Positions 40,798-50,977 of a stretch of 64,000 bases of DNA are shown piece by piece (positions within the stretch are counted from its first letter, which is position 1; every line of letters begins with the position of its first letter). A program made the translations under genes and the position numbers. The DNA is taken from positions 64,001 through 128,000 of the forward strand of contig CAWDYC010000007.1 of the NCBI GenBank assembly GCA_963806535.1, given 5' to 3'. The DNA comes from Candidatus Bathyarchaeota archaeon. Its GTDB lineage: Archaea > Thermoproteota > Bathyarchaeia > Bathyarchaeales > Bathycorpusculaceae. The notes beneath the pieces were generated by a model. It was not told where the DNA came from. It saw nothing but the letters and a program-made list of their open reading frames with translations, and ran no database searches.

Positions 40798-41412
40798 TTA
40801 AGGTATTACATTTACTATGGTAACCTGGCCGTTTACTGGCGTGCAATTGATATTTTGGTGAATGCCAGATTCGGCATTGGAGTTCGATTGAATTTCCATG
40901 GGATTGTATAAAATTACTGCTGAAGTTCCGCTTACTGGGTTCGGACCATTTATAGTGATTGGCGACGTTCCTGCTGCGATTACTGTGAATTTTAAGGTCA
41001 CAAGTACGCCACTGCCTTGAGCAGTCTTATTTTCATTTATTGCAGCCATAGTATTAATCAGATCCCCCCGGTAAGTTTCAGGTACACCATTAGTTGATAT
41101 AAAGAAAGTTGGTCCACCAGATTTTAGGAATGGACCTTCCGAAACTTGAGTTAGATTTAGAACTTGGGGGTTATAAGTTAGATTGTCAAGTTCCCAGCCC
41201 CAAAGGTTTTTAACATCAGTAATATTGAGGGTAACTTGGATCGTTTGTCCAATTTTTGCATTTTGAACTGTCGTAGATACAGGATCAACGCTAACCGTTG
41301 GTATTGTTTGTGATTGGACTGCGCCTGTAGATGACGAAAAGTAGACAAATGCAACGGCGGCGACTATAATTAGAAGGATTACTATTGTTGCAGTGATAAT
41401 TTTCTTATTCAT
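40798..41412 (-). CDS. N-terminally membrane-anchored single cohesin protein
   Basis: N-terminal TM; LWGWE..YNPQVLNLTQVSEGPFL...GSGVLVTLKF. Confidence 0.75.
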   Translation of the reverse strand: MNKKIITATIVILLIIVAAVAFVYFSSSTGAVQSQTIPTVSVDPVSTTVQNAKIGQTIQVTLNITDVKNLWGWELDNLTYNPQVLNLTQVSEGPFLKSGGPTFFISTNGVPETYRGDLINTMAAINENKTAQGSGVLVTLKFTVIAAGTSPITINGPNPVSGTSAVILYNPMEIQSNSNAESGIHQNINCTPVNGQVTIVNVIP

Positions 41413-41591
41413 AATTGTTCATGCTCTTCCTATTTGTTGTTTTTAAGATTAAGTTAGAAGATTATTTAGCCTGTTGATATTATTTTATATATAATATAGA
41501 CTCTTTAATCGTGGAAGGTTAATGCAGATTAAGATCGATTAGCCATAGAAAAAGGCCATTCAAGAAAATATTGGTTCTGAGGGTAAAAAAA

Positions 41592-42467
41592 CTACAAAAA
41601 AGATACCGGTTCTCTTACCGTTTTCCTCTTTATTTGGAATGCCAAAGCTGCTATCAATGGAATTACTAAGAGTGGCACTATTATCCAGGTTGAAAGTTCC
41701 GGTGTGGTTGGTGTTGGGCTGCTAGTTGGTTGGGATGAACTGGACTGGGTCGGATGAGTGTTCTGTGTAACAGTGGATGTTGGGCTCGATTGTGCAGTAT
41801 TTTGGGGGGTGGCGGTGGCAGTTGGGCTTGAAAAAGGAGAATTGTCAGTAATGGTGACTGTGGCACTATTGCACTTTACATTTATTGGATTGCTAAGATC
41901 GTTATCACTCGCATAAACGGTGGCACCTCCAATAGTTATTTGACAATTGCCTGAGCCGACAACTGTGAAAATCAACGTTGATACGATACCTGAAAAATCA
42001 TGAGATTGTCCGGCAACATTCATTGATTCTGCAAGTCCGCCATTTAACACTCCGTTGACATTATCCCACAATTGAGGTGAGTTGCCAATCATGTAAGCTG
42101 AATATTGAGTGTTGCTCAATAAGAACGGGCCTTCAGTAACTTGGGTCAGATTCACTACTGCTGGATTCCATGTTACAGTGGATATGGTCCAAGCCCAAAT
42201 ATTTGTGACGTTTTCAATCTTTATGTCTATGCTGACATTGGTACCTAGAGCTACTGAACCTAGGGAAATTTGGGACGTGTACTGCGTACCAGATTGCACC
42301 ACACTAAAGACAGCATTTGAAAGAGGGCTTGATGTTGCCATAGGGATAATCTGCTGATTAGTGCCAGCCATCGCAGTCTCACTGAATAACAATCTTGATT
42401 CTGACATTATAGCTAGAAGAAATAGACAGATAAGAAATACAGAGATTATTGTTTTTCTTTTATTCAA
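41592..42467 (-). CDS. Cohesin protein with S/T linker and PEF-CTERM-like anchor
   Basis: WNPAVVNLTQVTEGPFL; C-terminus TPELSTWIIVPLLVIPLIAALAFQIKRK. Confidence 0.78.
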   Translation of the reverse strand: MNKRKTIISVFLICLFLLAIMSESRLLFSETAMAGTNQQIIPMATSSPLSNAVFSVVQSGTQYTSQISLGSVALGTNVSIDIKIENVTNIWAWTISTVTWNPAVVNLTQVTEGPFLLSNTQYSAYMIGNSPQLWDNVNGVLNGGLAESMNVAGQSHDFSGIVSTLIFTVVGSGNCQITIGGATVYASDNDLSNPINVKCNSATVTITDNSPFSSPTATATPQNTAQSSPTSTVTQNTHPTQSSSSQPTSSPTPTTPELSTWIIVPLLVIPLIAALAFQIKRKTVREPVSFL

Positions 42468-42622
42468 TTTTGTTCCCTTCTTTGTTGGATTTCGTTATTA
42501 GCCATGGATTATATGGCTTCACGGTTAGTCAAGCTGGATGCAAGAAAGCCTATTGTATGTTGAGTTTGTAATTTCTATAGATAGCAATAGTTTTCGTTTA
42601 AGATATTTAGAAAGAAAAGAAG

Positions 42623-43747
42623 TTATGTACTTTTTCTTAGCCAGAAAAATGATCCGCCTAGTACTAGTATAGTGAGGATCACAACAATAGCAAGTACTTC
42701 TGGAGGAAGACTGGTTGACCCATTTTGATTCGGGTTATTGCTTGGACTAGAGGTTGGTGAAGCGGTCTCAATGGGAGTTGTTGAAGGATTTGAGCTTGAA
42801 GTAGGAGCAGTTGTCGTATCAGGTGTTGGGGATGGCGACGCATCAGCGCTGGGTATCACTGTTACAACGTGTACGCAACTGCTATTGCCAATTGAATCCT
42901 GCACTGTCAACGTAACATTAAAAGTTCCGGGATTGTTGAAGGTATAGTTGGCAATAATGCCCGTGAGATTTTTTGGTGTGCCATCTGTAAAAGTCCATGT
43001 GTAATTAGTGTTTGTTCCACTTGAAACGGATTGAGAAGCATTAAAGACTGCTTGAGCGCCTTGAACAATTGTTTCGTCTCTACCGGCATTTGCTGTTGGC
43101 GGTCCCGGAATGATAATGGATATTATAGCGGTTGATTGAGGAGAGACTGGAGTTATTATTGGATGATCTGCTCCTGTTTGAACACTCACTGGATTTGGTC
43201 CCAAAAGCTGCTCTACTTCGATAGTAACAGGAGTTGAGGTCGTCTGTCTTGTGGCTTGAAACTGCAGAGTTGCAAGGACTCCGCTCCCACTTGCTGATTG
43301 GTCCATAGTATCGTTACTTGAAGTACATGCGGCTTGTATCTCTATTCCCTGAAAACTGTCTGAGTGGTAATATGGGTCTGAGAAGTTGTAAGGATTTGTG
43401 CTGTAAAGAAATAGGTCTGAATCAACTTGGTTTTTGAGGAAACTTCCTTCACTGGCACCGGTGAAAGTTACATATCGGCTATCCCAAGAAACATTCATAA
43501 CCCATCCCCAAAGATTTTGAACATTATTAATCTTTATGTCTTCGCTGAAAGCTTGCCCTTGCTGTGTTGCATTAAAGCTCAATGGATCTAAGGAAATGGT
43601 AGTCCCCGAAGTTTGAGCTTTCACAATCTGCCCAAATGGAATTACAACAAAAACAAATGTACTAACTAGCAAAGAAATGAAAAATAGGGTAATAAGTCTA
43701 GTATGCCCAGAATTGTATGTATGCAGCTGTAAATTTGATAAAGTCAC
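42623..43747 (-). CDS. Cohesin + PKD protein with C-terminal TM anchor
   Basis: LWGW..VSWD..ASEGSFL; PTANAG..FNASQS..YTWTF..PGTFNVTLTVQD; C-terminal TM followed by RK. Confidence 0.8.
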   Translation of the reverse strand: MTLSNLQLHTYNSGHTRLITLFFISLLVSTFVFVVIPFGQIVKAQTSGTTISLDPLSFNATQQGQAFSEDIKINNVQNLWGWVMNVSWDSRYVTFTGASEGSFLKNQVDSDLFLYSTNPYNFSDPYYHSDSFQGIEIQAACTSSNDTMDQSASGSGVLATLQFQATRQTTSTPVTIEVEQLLGPNPVSVQTGADHPIITPVSPQSTAIISIIIPGPPTANAGRDETIVQGAQAVFNASQSVSSGTNTNYTWTFTDGTPKNLTGIIANYTFNNPGTFNVTLTVQDSIGNSSCVHVVTVIPSADASPSPTPDTTTAPTSSSNPSTTPIETASPTSSPSNNPNQNGSTSLPPEVLAIVVILTILVLGGSFFWLRKST

Positions 43748-44678
43748 TACCAGTTACCTTCCCGTCATTGTTGATATCGCAAAGGTGATTAAAAGGTTGA
43801 TTTTGGTAATACATTATGTAAGCGTTACAGAAGACAATTAGATCTGTACCGTCAACTTTGCTGTCACCGTTGAAGTCACCCACTAATAAAGCGCTAAATG
43901 ATGTGCTATTTACGGTTCTGAAACCACCAAATGGTGAGGACGCGTATACTAGATATGCGCCATTTTGTGAGGCCTTTGGAAGTCTAAAAGTCATGCTGTA
44001 AGCGCCTGAATTTCCGTTGTTGCTCGGTGCAGGACCAGTGCTTGCATGCCCACCAGTAATAGTGAATTGAAATGATTGTTCTTGAGCCATAGGTAGTCCA
44101 TTATTTTGTGGAAAGTCATCATACACGTCTACATAACAATATGCAGTTCCAGCATGCGCCGATAAAGGAATATTTATTGGCAAAGTTGATGTTTGAGCTG
44201 CACTAGCGCCAAGAGAAAGCGTATTGGTTAATGGGACACCTAGAGGCACTCCATTGCCATCGTATACGCTATATGCAAGGACCAAATTTTCGTGGGAGTG
44301 TGCATCTTGATCTTGCACAGTTATTGTAGCATATCCACTATTTCCATTCGCAATAGTATTAACGGGATTTTTGCCAAGATCAGAAAAATATGCAGACGTG
44401 ATTTTGGTTGGCATGCTGAAATCTTGCACATTCCCTGTTTGAATGGTTCTTAGGATTAGCGGGGTTCCATCGGGGTTTTGTATTTGGAGTCCAATGAAAG
44501 CGTCCGATGAACTTATTCCGTTCGCTTGTAATGTTCCGCTCAGAGTTATTTGATCATAGTAATTGTATGACTGTTTATCGGTTGTAATTGTGAGATTATT
44601 TGTTTGTGCTCTAACTACTATTACGCTTGACATTATTAATATAAAAAGAAAAGGAAGGATGAGAGTTTTTGTTTTCAT
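43698..44678 (-). CDS. Secreted Ig/MG2-like domain protein with C-terminal dockerin
   Basis: Signal peptide, TDKQSY; GDFNGDSKVDGTD and CDINNDGKVTGSD. Confidence 0.8.
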   Translation of the reverse strand: MKTKTLILPFLFILIMSSVIVVRAQTNNLTITTDKQSYNYYDQITLSGTLQANGISSSDAFIGLQIQNPDGTPLILRTIQTGNVQDFSMPTKITSAYFSDLGKNPVNTIANGNSGYATITVQDQDAHSHENLVLAYSVYDGNGVPLGVPLTNTLSLGASAAQTSTLPINIPLSAHAGTAYCYVDVYDDFPQNNGLPMAQEQSFQFTITGGHASTGPAPSNNGNSGAYSMTFRLPKASQNGAYLVYASSPFGGFRTVNSTSFSALLVGDFNGDSKVDGTDLIVFCNAYIMYYQNQPFNHLCDINNDGKVTGSDFIKFTAAYIQFWAY

Positions 44679-44700
44679 TTTCTATCACTCAAACTTATTT

Positions 44701-46929
44701 TTAATGTGTTGCGGATGCTTCGATGGCTAATGTGGCTGATTGCTGTGGGCTGAATGGTAATCCAAGGTTTTGTGGCAAGTCGCTATATATGTTAACATTG
44801 AGTGTTGCTGGTCCTACGAATGCCCATGTTGGAATTTGCAAAGTAATGCTATAGGTTGCAGTGTTTGTGCTTCCGGCTATGCCGCTGGTGGCTCCATTAA
44901 TTGATTCTACCATGAAGTATTTTTGGACTGGTACATTGTTTGCGTCCATAATTGTTGCGCCGATATAGAACGTCATGTTGCTCCAGTTTGAATTAGTGAC
45001 TGTTACATTTGCATTTACTGTGTTGCCTGTTGTACTGTAGCGATTGAACATTGGTCCGTATAATGCACTCATGTTGCCGTCACTGTTTGTGATTACTACG
45101 GGTTTCAGTTCTAATAGGTACCCATAGTAGAAGGCGCATGAGTCATTGTATGTTTTTTCCGAAACGTCGACTGATGATGTTATGTTAACGGTGCCAAAGT
45201 AACTTGTTGGATTGCTGTCTTGCCATGGAAGTCTGTACGAAGCTGTAGCGATTCCGTTTGTGTCGGTTTGACCTGTAGCATAATCGATGTATTGACCTTG
45301 GAGATATACGTTGAATGTTACTGTTTTGTTGACAACTGGTGCACCATTGTAGGTTACTTGGGCAGTTATGTTAACTTGTTGCTGTGGACCGAATGAGTTT
45401 GCACTCATGTTCCAGCCTTGTCCGCCGTTTTGTGTCCAAATGTCTAATTGTCCGCCTGTGTAGGGTACAAGTACTTGGATATTTAATGTTGCTACGCTTG
45501 TGCTAGTGTAGGTGGGTGCTGATTGTCCATCGACATCAGGTGCAGTAACTGTTAAGACAGCTGTTATGTTTCCTGTCATAGATCCCACTTGTGCAGGTGT
45601 AAGGTCTACCTGTTGTGAATTGGCAACGGTTAAGACGGTTCCGTTTACAAGTGTAATACTCCATGCTGAGGTCATTATTGGATCGGTCTCTCCTGGAGGA
45701 ACTGTGTCGTGACCTGCTACGGAAGTGATTGCGCTTAAGCTGATTGGAACGTTGTAGTATGTTTTGGCAATACCGTTACCGAATGGGCTGTTAAGTACAG
45801 TGATTTTTGCTTGAGGTCCTGCTGCGGATAATGGGGCCCATGTGTAAGTTGCACCATTTAGGTTTACTGGACTGATTGTGTTGTGTGGATAGTTGGAATC
45901 TAGTAGAGTTGGACTTCCTGCAACTAAGTTGATAGAGGCGTTTCCAAAGCTTATTACAGTGAAGCTGAGAACTGCTAGGTTGCCTGATGATGCACTTGGG
46001 TGAGTGTAGGTTTTTAGAGCATCTACGATTTGGCCTTCAACTACGCCGTTTGTGTTGTCAATGTTGCCGGCAAGGAACCATGTGGTGTTAGTTACGCCTG
46101 AGTTTAGGAATGAGCCTTCAGTAATGCTGGTTAGTTGAAGCACTGTTGGAGTCCATGTTAGGCCTACGTTCCATGACCAAACGTTTGGTGCGCTTGAGAT
46201 GTTCATGTCAACATTGAAGGTTGTACCGACTGGGTTGACGTTTGAGGGTACGGTTATGGCTGGATTTGAGGTTCCGCTTGCCCACAGGTTGATAGCTGTG
46301 ACAGGGGCTGCAACTGAGACAGATGCACTATTGCATTGTGCGGCTGTTCCTGCGTCGCTGCTGGTTGAATATAGTGTCATGCCGCTAATAGTTATTGGAC
46401 TATTACCGTAACCGACAACTATAAAGGTCAATTGTACAAGAATGCCTGAAGAATTGGTGTTTACGAAAGAGCCTTTGAGAGCTTCACTGAAGCCACCGTT
46501 GAGGGTTCCAGCAACGTTGTCAATTAAGCTTGGGTCGTCGCCGATGAAGTTAGTTCCTGATTTTGCTGGATAGGCTGTGTTGTTACCTAGCCAACTTTGG
46601 CCGTTAATGCTTGTCTGTGTTGAGGCGCCTTGTGAAAGACTTGTCATGTTGAGGACTGCGGGATTCCAAGATAGAGTTGCTAATGAATATCCCCATACGT
46701 TCGCTGCATTGTCGATTCTAACGTCGATAGATATAGTTGTACCGATTGGGTTCGGGCTAGAAGGTATGCTAATGCTATTCACATTAGTAGTACCTGTTTG
46801 CACTGCACTTATTGCGCCAGTGGAAGCTACTGCTCCAACTGTGCCTAGTGCGGCGAGCATGGGCGCTAGCATAAAAATAACTAGCGCGAATGCTATGATG
46901 GATTTTCTGTTATTGCGGTTTAGATTCAT
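44701..46929 (-). CDS. Scaffoldin-like protein: 2 cohesins + PKD-like + Ig-like domains (paralog of 38495-40606)
   Basis: Two WNPAVL/WTPTVL...EGSFL-type modules; DIWTQNGGQG..FGPQQ..VTYNGAPV..YRLPW domain. Confidence 0.78.
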   Translation of the reverse strand: MNLNRNNRKSIIAFALVIFMLAPMLAALGTVGAVASTGAISAVQTGTTNVNSISIPSSPNPIGTTISIDVRIDNAANVWGYSLATLSWNPAVLNMTSLSQGASTQTSINGQSWLGNNTAYPAKSGTNFIGDDPSLIDNVAGTLNGGFSEALKGSFVNTNSSGILVQLTFIVVGYGNSPITISGMTLYSTSSDAGTAAQCNSASVSVAAPVTAINLWASGTSNPAITVPSNVNPVGTTFNVDMNISSAPNVWSWNVGLTWTPTVLQLTSITEGSFLNSGVTNTTWFLAGNIDNTNGVVEGQIVDALKTYTHPSASSGNLAVLSFTVISFGNASINLVAGSPTLLDSNYPHNTISPVNLNGATYTWAPLSAAGPQAKITVLNSPFGNGIAKTYYNVPISLSAITSVAGHDTVPPGETDPIMTSAWSITLVNGTVLTVANSQQVDLTPAQVGSMTGNITAVLTVTAPDVDGQSAPTYTSTSVATLNIQVLVPYTGGQLDIWTQNGGQGWNMSANSFGPQQQVNITAQVTYNGAPVVNKTVTFNVYLQGQYIDYATGQTDTNGIATASYRLPWQDSNPTSYFGTVNITSSVDVSEKTYNDSCAFYYGYLLELKPVVITNSDGNMSALYGPMFNRYSTTGNTVNANVTVTNSNWSNMTFYIGATIMDANNVPVQKYFMVESINGATSGIAGSTNTATYSITLQIPTWAFVGPATLNVNIYSDLPQNLGLPFSPQQSATLAIEASATH

Positions 46930-46966
46930 TTTTGGTTTTCTCCTTTCATGTTTTCAGTTTGAATGT

Positions 46967-48436
46967 TTAGTGGGTTGGGTTGTAGTTTGTGAAGTAATAG
47001 ATGTAAGCTCCGCTCCATTGGATGAAGTCTGTTCCGTCAACCTTTCCGTTGGCATTAATGTCTGCCATTGGGTTGTAGACTGCTCCGCTGCTAAGGTAAT
47101 AGTGGATATATGCATCGCAGAAGTAAATGAAGTCTGTACCAGTAACTTTGCCGTCAGGAATATGTTGAGTTTGACCTGAGAGTGGTGTGTATGCAGCGAG
47201 GTTTGAGTCAATTGGGGTTCCTCCGCTTAAGTCTGCGCGGCTCATTTCGATGTAGTTTTGGTCATTTACGAAGTCGCTTGCTCCGCCATTGGTTGTGTTG
47301 TACATCTTCATGTATGCAATCCAAACGCCTGCTTCAAGAGTTGGTCCTGTTTTTGGAATTTGGTTTGGTATTACTTCCCATAGCCATCTCCATGCCTGGT
47401 ATTGGCCTGTTGCTGCTACACCTTTTATTCCAGAATAACCGTAGATTACATCAGCTTTTGTTGGTTGAACTGCTGGTCCCCATGTGAAGCCATTTGTACC
47501 CCATGAGCTGTTGTATTGGAAGGTTGATTGGGGTAGATGAGCAACATTGAATGCGATGTTTATCTGGTTCATGCTGAATGATAAGGCATATCCTAGTGAT
47601 ATGAAACCGATACAGTCGGATAATGAACCGATGTTGCCAGCCTGAACTGTGTCTTTAATATTGATGTTTTCGGTGCATGGAATGTATGATGCTGTTTTAG
47701 TAGGGTCGTAACCAGTGACAATGCCTGCTGAGTTCTTCAGGAGGAAGCTGTTTTGGTTTGGAGCTCCAAAGTAGTTGTTGAAGCAGTCTGCTGTTCCGGA
47801 TGTTGGGTCTCTCATTGCACGGCTAATTGGTTCTGATAATGCCGCTGTAGGAACGCCTGCGGTTGATAAGCCCCAGAAAGTGAAGAAGTCATTCCAAGTG
47901 CTAAATGTAGATGCTGTTTGGCCGAGTTCATTTTTTGGAGTGGCTGCAAAGATACTGCATACTTGCAATGTTGTCAGGTTCTGTGGGAACCAAGAAGCCA
48001 TATCAGGGCTAATGACAATAGAGACACTGTCAATTGCTACAGCCCATGTTTGCATGTTAACCATGTTTGCATCGCCGTATTCAGCGGAAGTGCTTTGTGG
48101 AGGTCTGGACATTTCGCCGATATCAGCTGAGCTGTTTGACAAGTTTGGAATTGCTGTTCCGCTACCGAGTCCCTCGAGAGAAATTGGGGAAGTAATATTA
48201 TTAGCGCCCCAAGAAGGATTCCCGCCGTTGAGATTATTCCACCAACTCGGGAATGAGCTTGCTTCTTCCGCCGCAATTGGCAGAACGGTGCTTGAGCCTT
48301 TAATTGTCAATGTAGCTGGATTAACTAAGTGTCCGCCATCAAATGTAGTGGTTGCGCTTGCTAAAGTTGCCGCTGCAGAAACTGCCATCATAACTATTAA
48401 TGCTAGGCATACTAAATACTTAATATTTTTATTCAA
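46967..48436 (-). CDS. pstS: Phosphate-binding protein PstS with C-terminal dockerin
   Basis: IKGSSTVLP, GSGTAI, DIGEMSR, VAIDSV, RDPTSGT, IGFISLGY; PDGKVTGTDF and ADINANGKVDGTDF. Confidence 0.88.
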   Translation of the reverse strand: MNKNIKYLVCLALIVMMAVSAAATLASATTTFDGGHLVNPATLTIKGSSTVLPIAAEEASSFPSWWNNLNGGNPSWGANNITSPISLEGLGSGTAIPNLSNSSADIGEMSRPPQSTSAEYGDANMVNMQTWAVAIDSVSIVISPDMASWFPQNLTTLQVCSIFAATPKNELGQTASTFSTWNDFFTFWGLSTAGVPTAALSEPISRAMRDPTSGTADCFNNYFGAPNQNSFLLKNSAGIVTGYDPTKTASYIPCTENINIKDTVQAGNIGSLSDCIGFISLGYALSFSMNQINIAFNVAHLPQSTFQYNSSWGTNGFTWGPAVQPTKADVIYGYSGIKGVAATGQYQAWRWLWEVIPNQIPKTGPTLEAGVWIAYMKMYNTTNGGASDFVNDQNYIEMSRADLSGGTPIDSNLAAYTPLSGQTQHIPDGKVTGTDFIYFCDAYIHYYLSSGAVYNPMADINANGKVDGTDFIQWSGAYIYYFTNYNPTH

Positions 48437-48673
48437 TTTAGTTTTCTCCTTTCATTATCATGTGAACGATAAGTCGTTCAAAGTGAATATTGAAGCGGAG
48501 ACAATATCTAGCTTCCCGATGTAGTTTACGTTAGACAATTTAGCCTATAGGTTTTAGAAAGCCCTATGGAGAAAACATTACTCATCTACACTTACTATTA
48601 AGAATAAATAGAAAAGCGTTATCTTAGCTGCACTCACCTTTTGCGATTAGTTTGCGAGGAGAATAAGGGCTTT

Positions 48674-49561
48674 ATGAACACCAAAGTGTTTAAGGAAAAC
48701 TTGATTAAAGCCTTATTGTTTTTCTGTGCAATCTCCTCAATTGGCATAGTTTTTTTCATAATTTTCTTTTTGCTAAATAGCGGATACCCAGCAGTTATTC
48801 AGTGGTTTAGCCATGGATTTAATAGCATCCAAGGTTGCTATATTATTGAACTTACATACGACTCGCTATATCTTGCTCTGGGGGGAACATTATTAGCTAT
48901 TATTATTGGACTTCCTTGCGCAATTTATCTTGCAGAGTTCGCAGATAACAGATTAAGAAATATTGTAAAGCCTGCTCTAGAAGTACTTAATGGTTTTCCT
49001 TCAATTGTCATTGGAATAATAGGGTTTACAGTTTTATGCCTTAATTTGCCAAGTTTCGGATTTAGAGCTAGTTACAGCACTTTGGTTGGCTGGATTGTTC
49101 TCGGAATAATGTCATTGCCAGTAATAACAAGTGTTTCGGAAGATTCCTTAAGAGCTGTCCCTGATGAAATGAGAGAAGCCTCACTTGGACTGGGCGCCAC
49201 TAGGTGGCAAACAACCACTCAAGTATTGCTGTCAAGCGCATCGCCAGGAATCATTACAGCAATAGTATTAGGGTTTGCAAGCGCAATTGGAGAGACTATG
49301 GCAGTAATTTGGGTTATTGGCGGAGCTATGCCTCCACCACTTACACTAAATCCTTTAGTTCGAACTTACTCTATTACAGCTTGGATAGCGAACGTAGCAA
49401 CGGGGGATACATTCCAACCTGGCACTATTCTGTATCAACAGGTATTCGGTGCCGGAGTCATTCTTTTCGGAATTAACGCGTTTGTAGTTCTAGCTATTAG
49501 AAGGATATCATCAAGCAGATCTAAAACGAACTTGGGCATTGCGGAGAAATCTAAGAAATGA
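48674..49561 (+). CDS. pstC: Phosphate ABC transporter permease PstC
   Basis: AIYLAEF, GFPSIVIG, SEDSLRAVP..REASLGLGATRWQT, AIGETMAV. Confidence 0.92.
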   Translation: MNTKVFKENLIKALLFFCAISSIGIVFFIIFFLLNSGYPAVIQWFSHGFNSIQGCYIIELTYDSLYLALGGTLLAIIIGLPCAIYLAEFADNRLRNIVKPALEVLNGFPSIVIGIIGFTVLCLNLPSFGFRASYSTLVGWIVLGIMSLPVITSVSEDSLRAVPDEMREASLGLGATRWQTTTQVLLSSASPGIITAIVLGFASAIGETMAVIWVIGGAMPPPLTLNPLVRTYSITAWIANVATGDTFQPGTILYQQVFGAGVILFGINAFVVLAIRRISSSRSKTNLGIAEKSKK

Positions 49562-50973
49562 TTCTAAATCCGCAATTAAGAATTTCAAAGATTTCAAAAT
49601 ATTTAAAGAAAAGAGAAAAACCTTGTTTGATTAACGGATCTCTATTATTTGCGGCAGGCATAATTGTAACTATACCTGGGTTTGTTCACCTTTTCAACAG
49701 CTTACTAATTGATGGGTTTGCTCTAGCAACTTTCGATAAATTAATGGCTGATACTGCGGCTTCAGTACTCTTGATATTGCCAGCTCTAATAGTGTTTTCA
49801 ACAGGATACCTACTCTTGGAAGCCCAGTCTTTGGGTTGGAAACTTTCTATTGCAACTTGTCTAGTCGCCGTATTGTTAGGTGGCTTTGGTTTCTTGAGCG
49901 TTGAATTAGCGTTTATAATTGGAGTCTTAAGTGGCTTGGCAGCTGCGATGGAAATTAGATATCGGAAAAATAGAAATGATCAAAAAGATTCAGCGTTAAT
50001 AACAGAAAACGTTGTGAAATTAGGTCTAGCGTTGTCTGGGGCAATTTGCATAGTAACTCTTGCCGGCATGATTATTTATTTAGCTGTAAGAGGTTCATTG
50101 TTTTTCTCATGGAATTTTTTTGCTGGGCAAGATTTCGGTATGACTTACGCAGCAAAAGTTATTTCAGGTAAGGTGCCTGGCGGTTCGCTAAATTCAATTG
50201 GTGGATTCCTGCCGTACGCATTGGGTTCTTTACTCTTAGCGGGTCTTTGCGAATTGATAGCATTACCGATCGGTATTGGAGGAGCAATATACCTAGCTGA
50301 ATACGCTGGAAAAAATAGATTGACGTCTACAGTGCGTTACTTCATAGAAACGCTTGCGGGAATCCCCTCTATTGTCGTTGCGTTAGTAGGAGCTACCGTC
50401 TTTGTTGTTCTGTTTCAATGGGGTTATTGTGCTTGGGCAGCGGCTATATCATTATCTTTTATGATTTTGCCTTGGAATATTCGAATAGCAGAAGAAGCGA
50501 TTAGGTCAGTGCCAGCCGCATATAGGGAAGCTTCTTTTGCCTTAGGGGCTACAAAATGGCAGACTACGAGCAAGGCTGTGTTATTCGCCGCCTCACCTGG
50601 AATAATAACAGGCGTTCTCTTGGGTTTTGGTGAAGCCCTTGGTGAGACAATTGTTATTGCATTGACCGCCGGTTATGTGCCTATTTCCAATTTGAACGAG
50701 TACGGTCAGCCGATAATTCAAGGATGGACGGTTTTGCCGTCTGTAGCACATCTTTTTTCAACGCACACCACGATTACAACCCTTCCGATTTTTATTTGGC
50801 AAGCGCCAAAACTTTTGACTTTTGGTACGGGAGCCAGCGGCACAAGCTTGTCTTTCATGCAGTATGGATTAGCGTTGGCAGCTGGTTTTTATCTGGTAAT
50901 GATATACCTTGTAATCTGTGCTATTGCTCTTGTTGCGAGAAACTATTTAAGAAAAAGAATCCTAGGAAAGTAA
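49558..50973 (+). CDS. pstA: Phosphate ABC transporter permease PstA with N-terminal TM extension
   Basis: AIYLAEY, LAGIPSIV, EEAIRSVP..REASFALGATKWQT, LGET. Confidence 0.9.
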   Translation: MILNPQLRISKISKYLKKREKPCLINGSLLFAAGIIVTIPGFVHLFNSLLIDGFALATFDKLMADTAASVLLILPALIVFSTGYLLLEAQSLGWKLSIATCLVAVLLGGFGFLSVELAFIIGVLSGLAAAMEIRYRKNRNDQKDSALITENVVKLGLALSGAICIVTLAGMIIYLAVRGSLFFSWNFFAGQDFGMTYAAKVISGKVPGGSLNSIGGFLPYALGSLLLAGLCELIALPIGIGGAIYLAEYAGKNRLTSTVRYFIETLAGIPSIVVALVGATVFVVLFQWGYCAWAAAISLSFMILPWNIRIAEEAIRSVPAAYREASFALGATKWQTTSKAVLFAASPGIITGVLLGFGEALGETIVIALTAGYVPISNLNEYGQPIIQGWTVLPSVAHLFSTHTTITTLPIFIWQAPKLLTFGTGASGTSLSFMQYGLALAAGFYLVMIYLVICAIALVARNYLRKRILGK

Positions 50974-50977
50974 AAAC

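Noticed and set aside
42506-42516. 11-mer GGATTATATGG shared with the loop of sRNA unit 1 (27126-27136)
   Set aside because: A match of this length is plausible by chance in AT-rich sequence
30756-48436. Classical cellulolytic cellulosome or prophage/mobile island
   Set aside because: No recognisable GH5/GH9/GH48 cellulase; no integrase, transposase, att sites or virion genes
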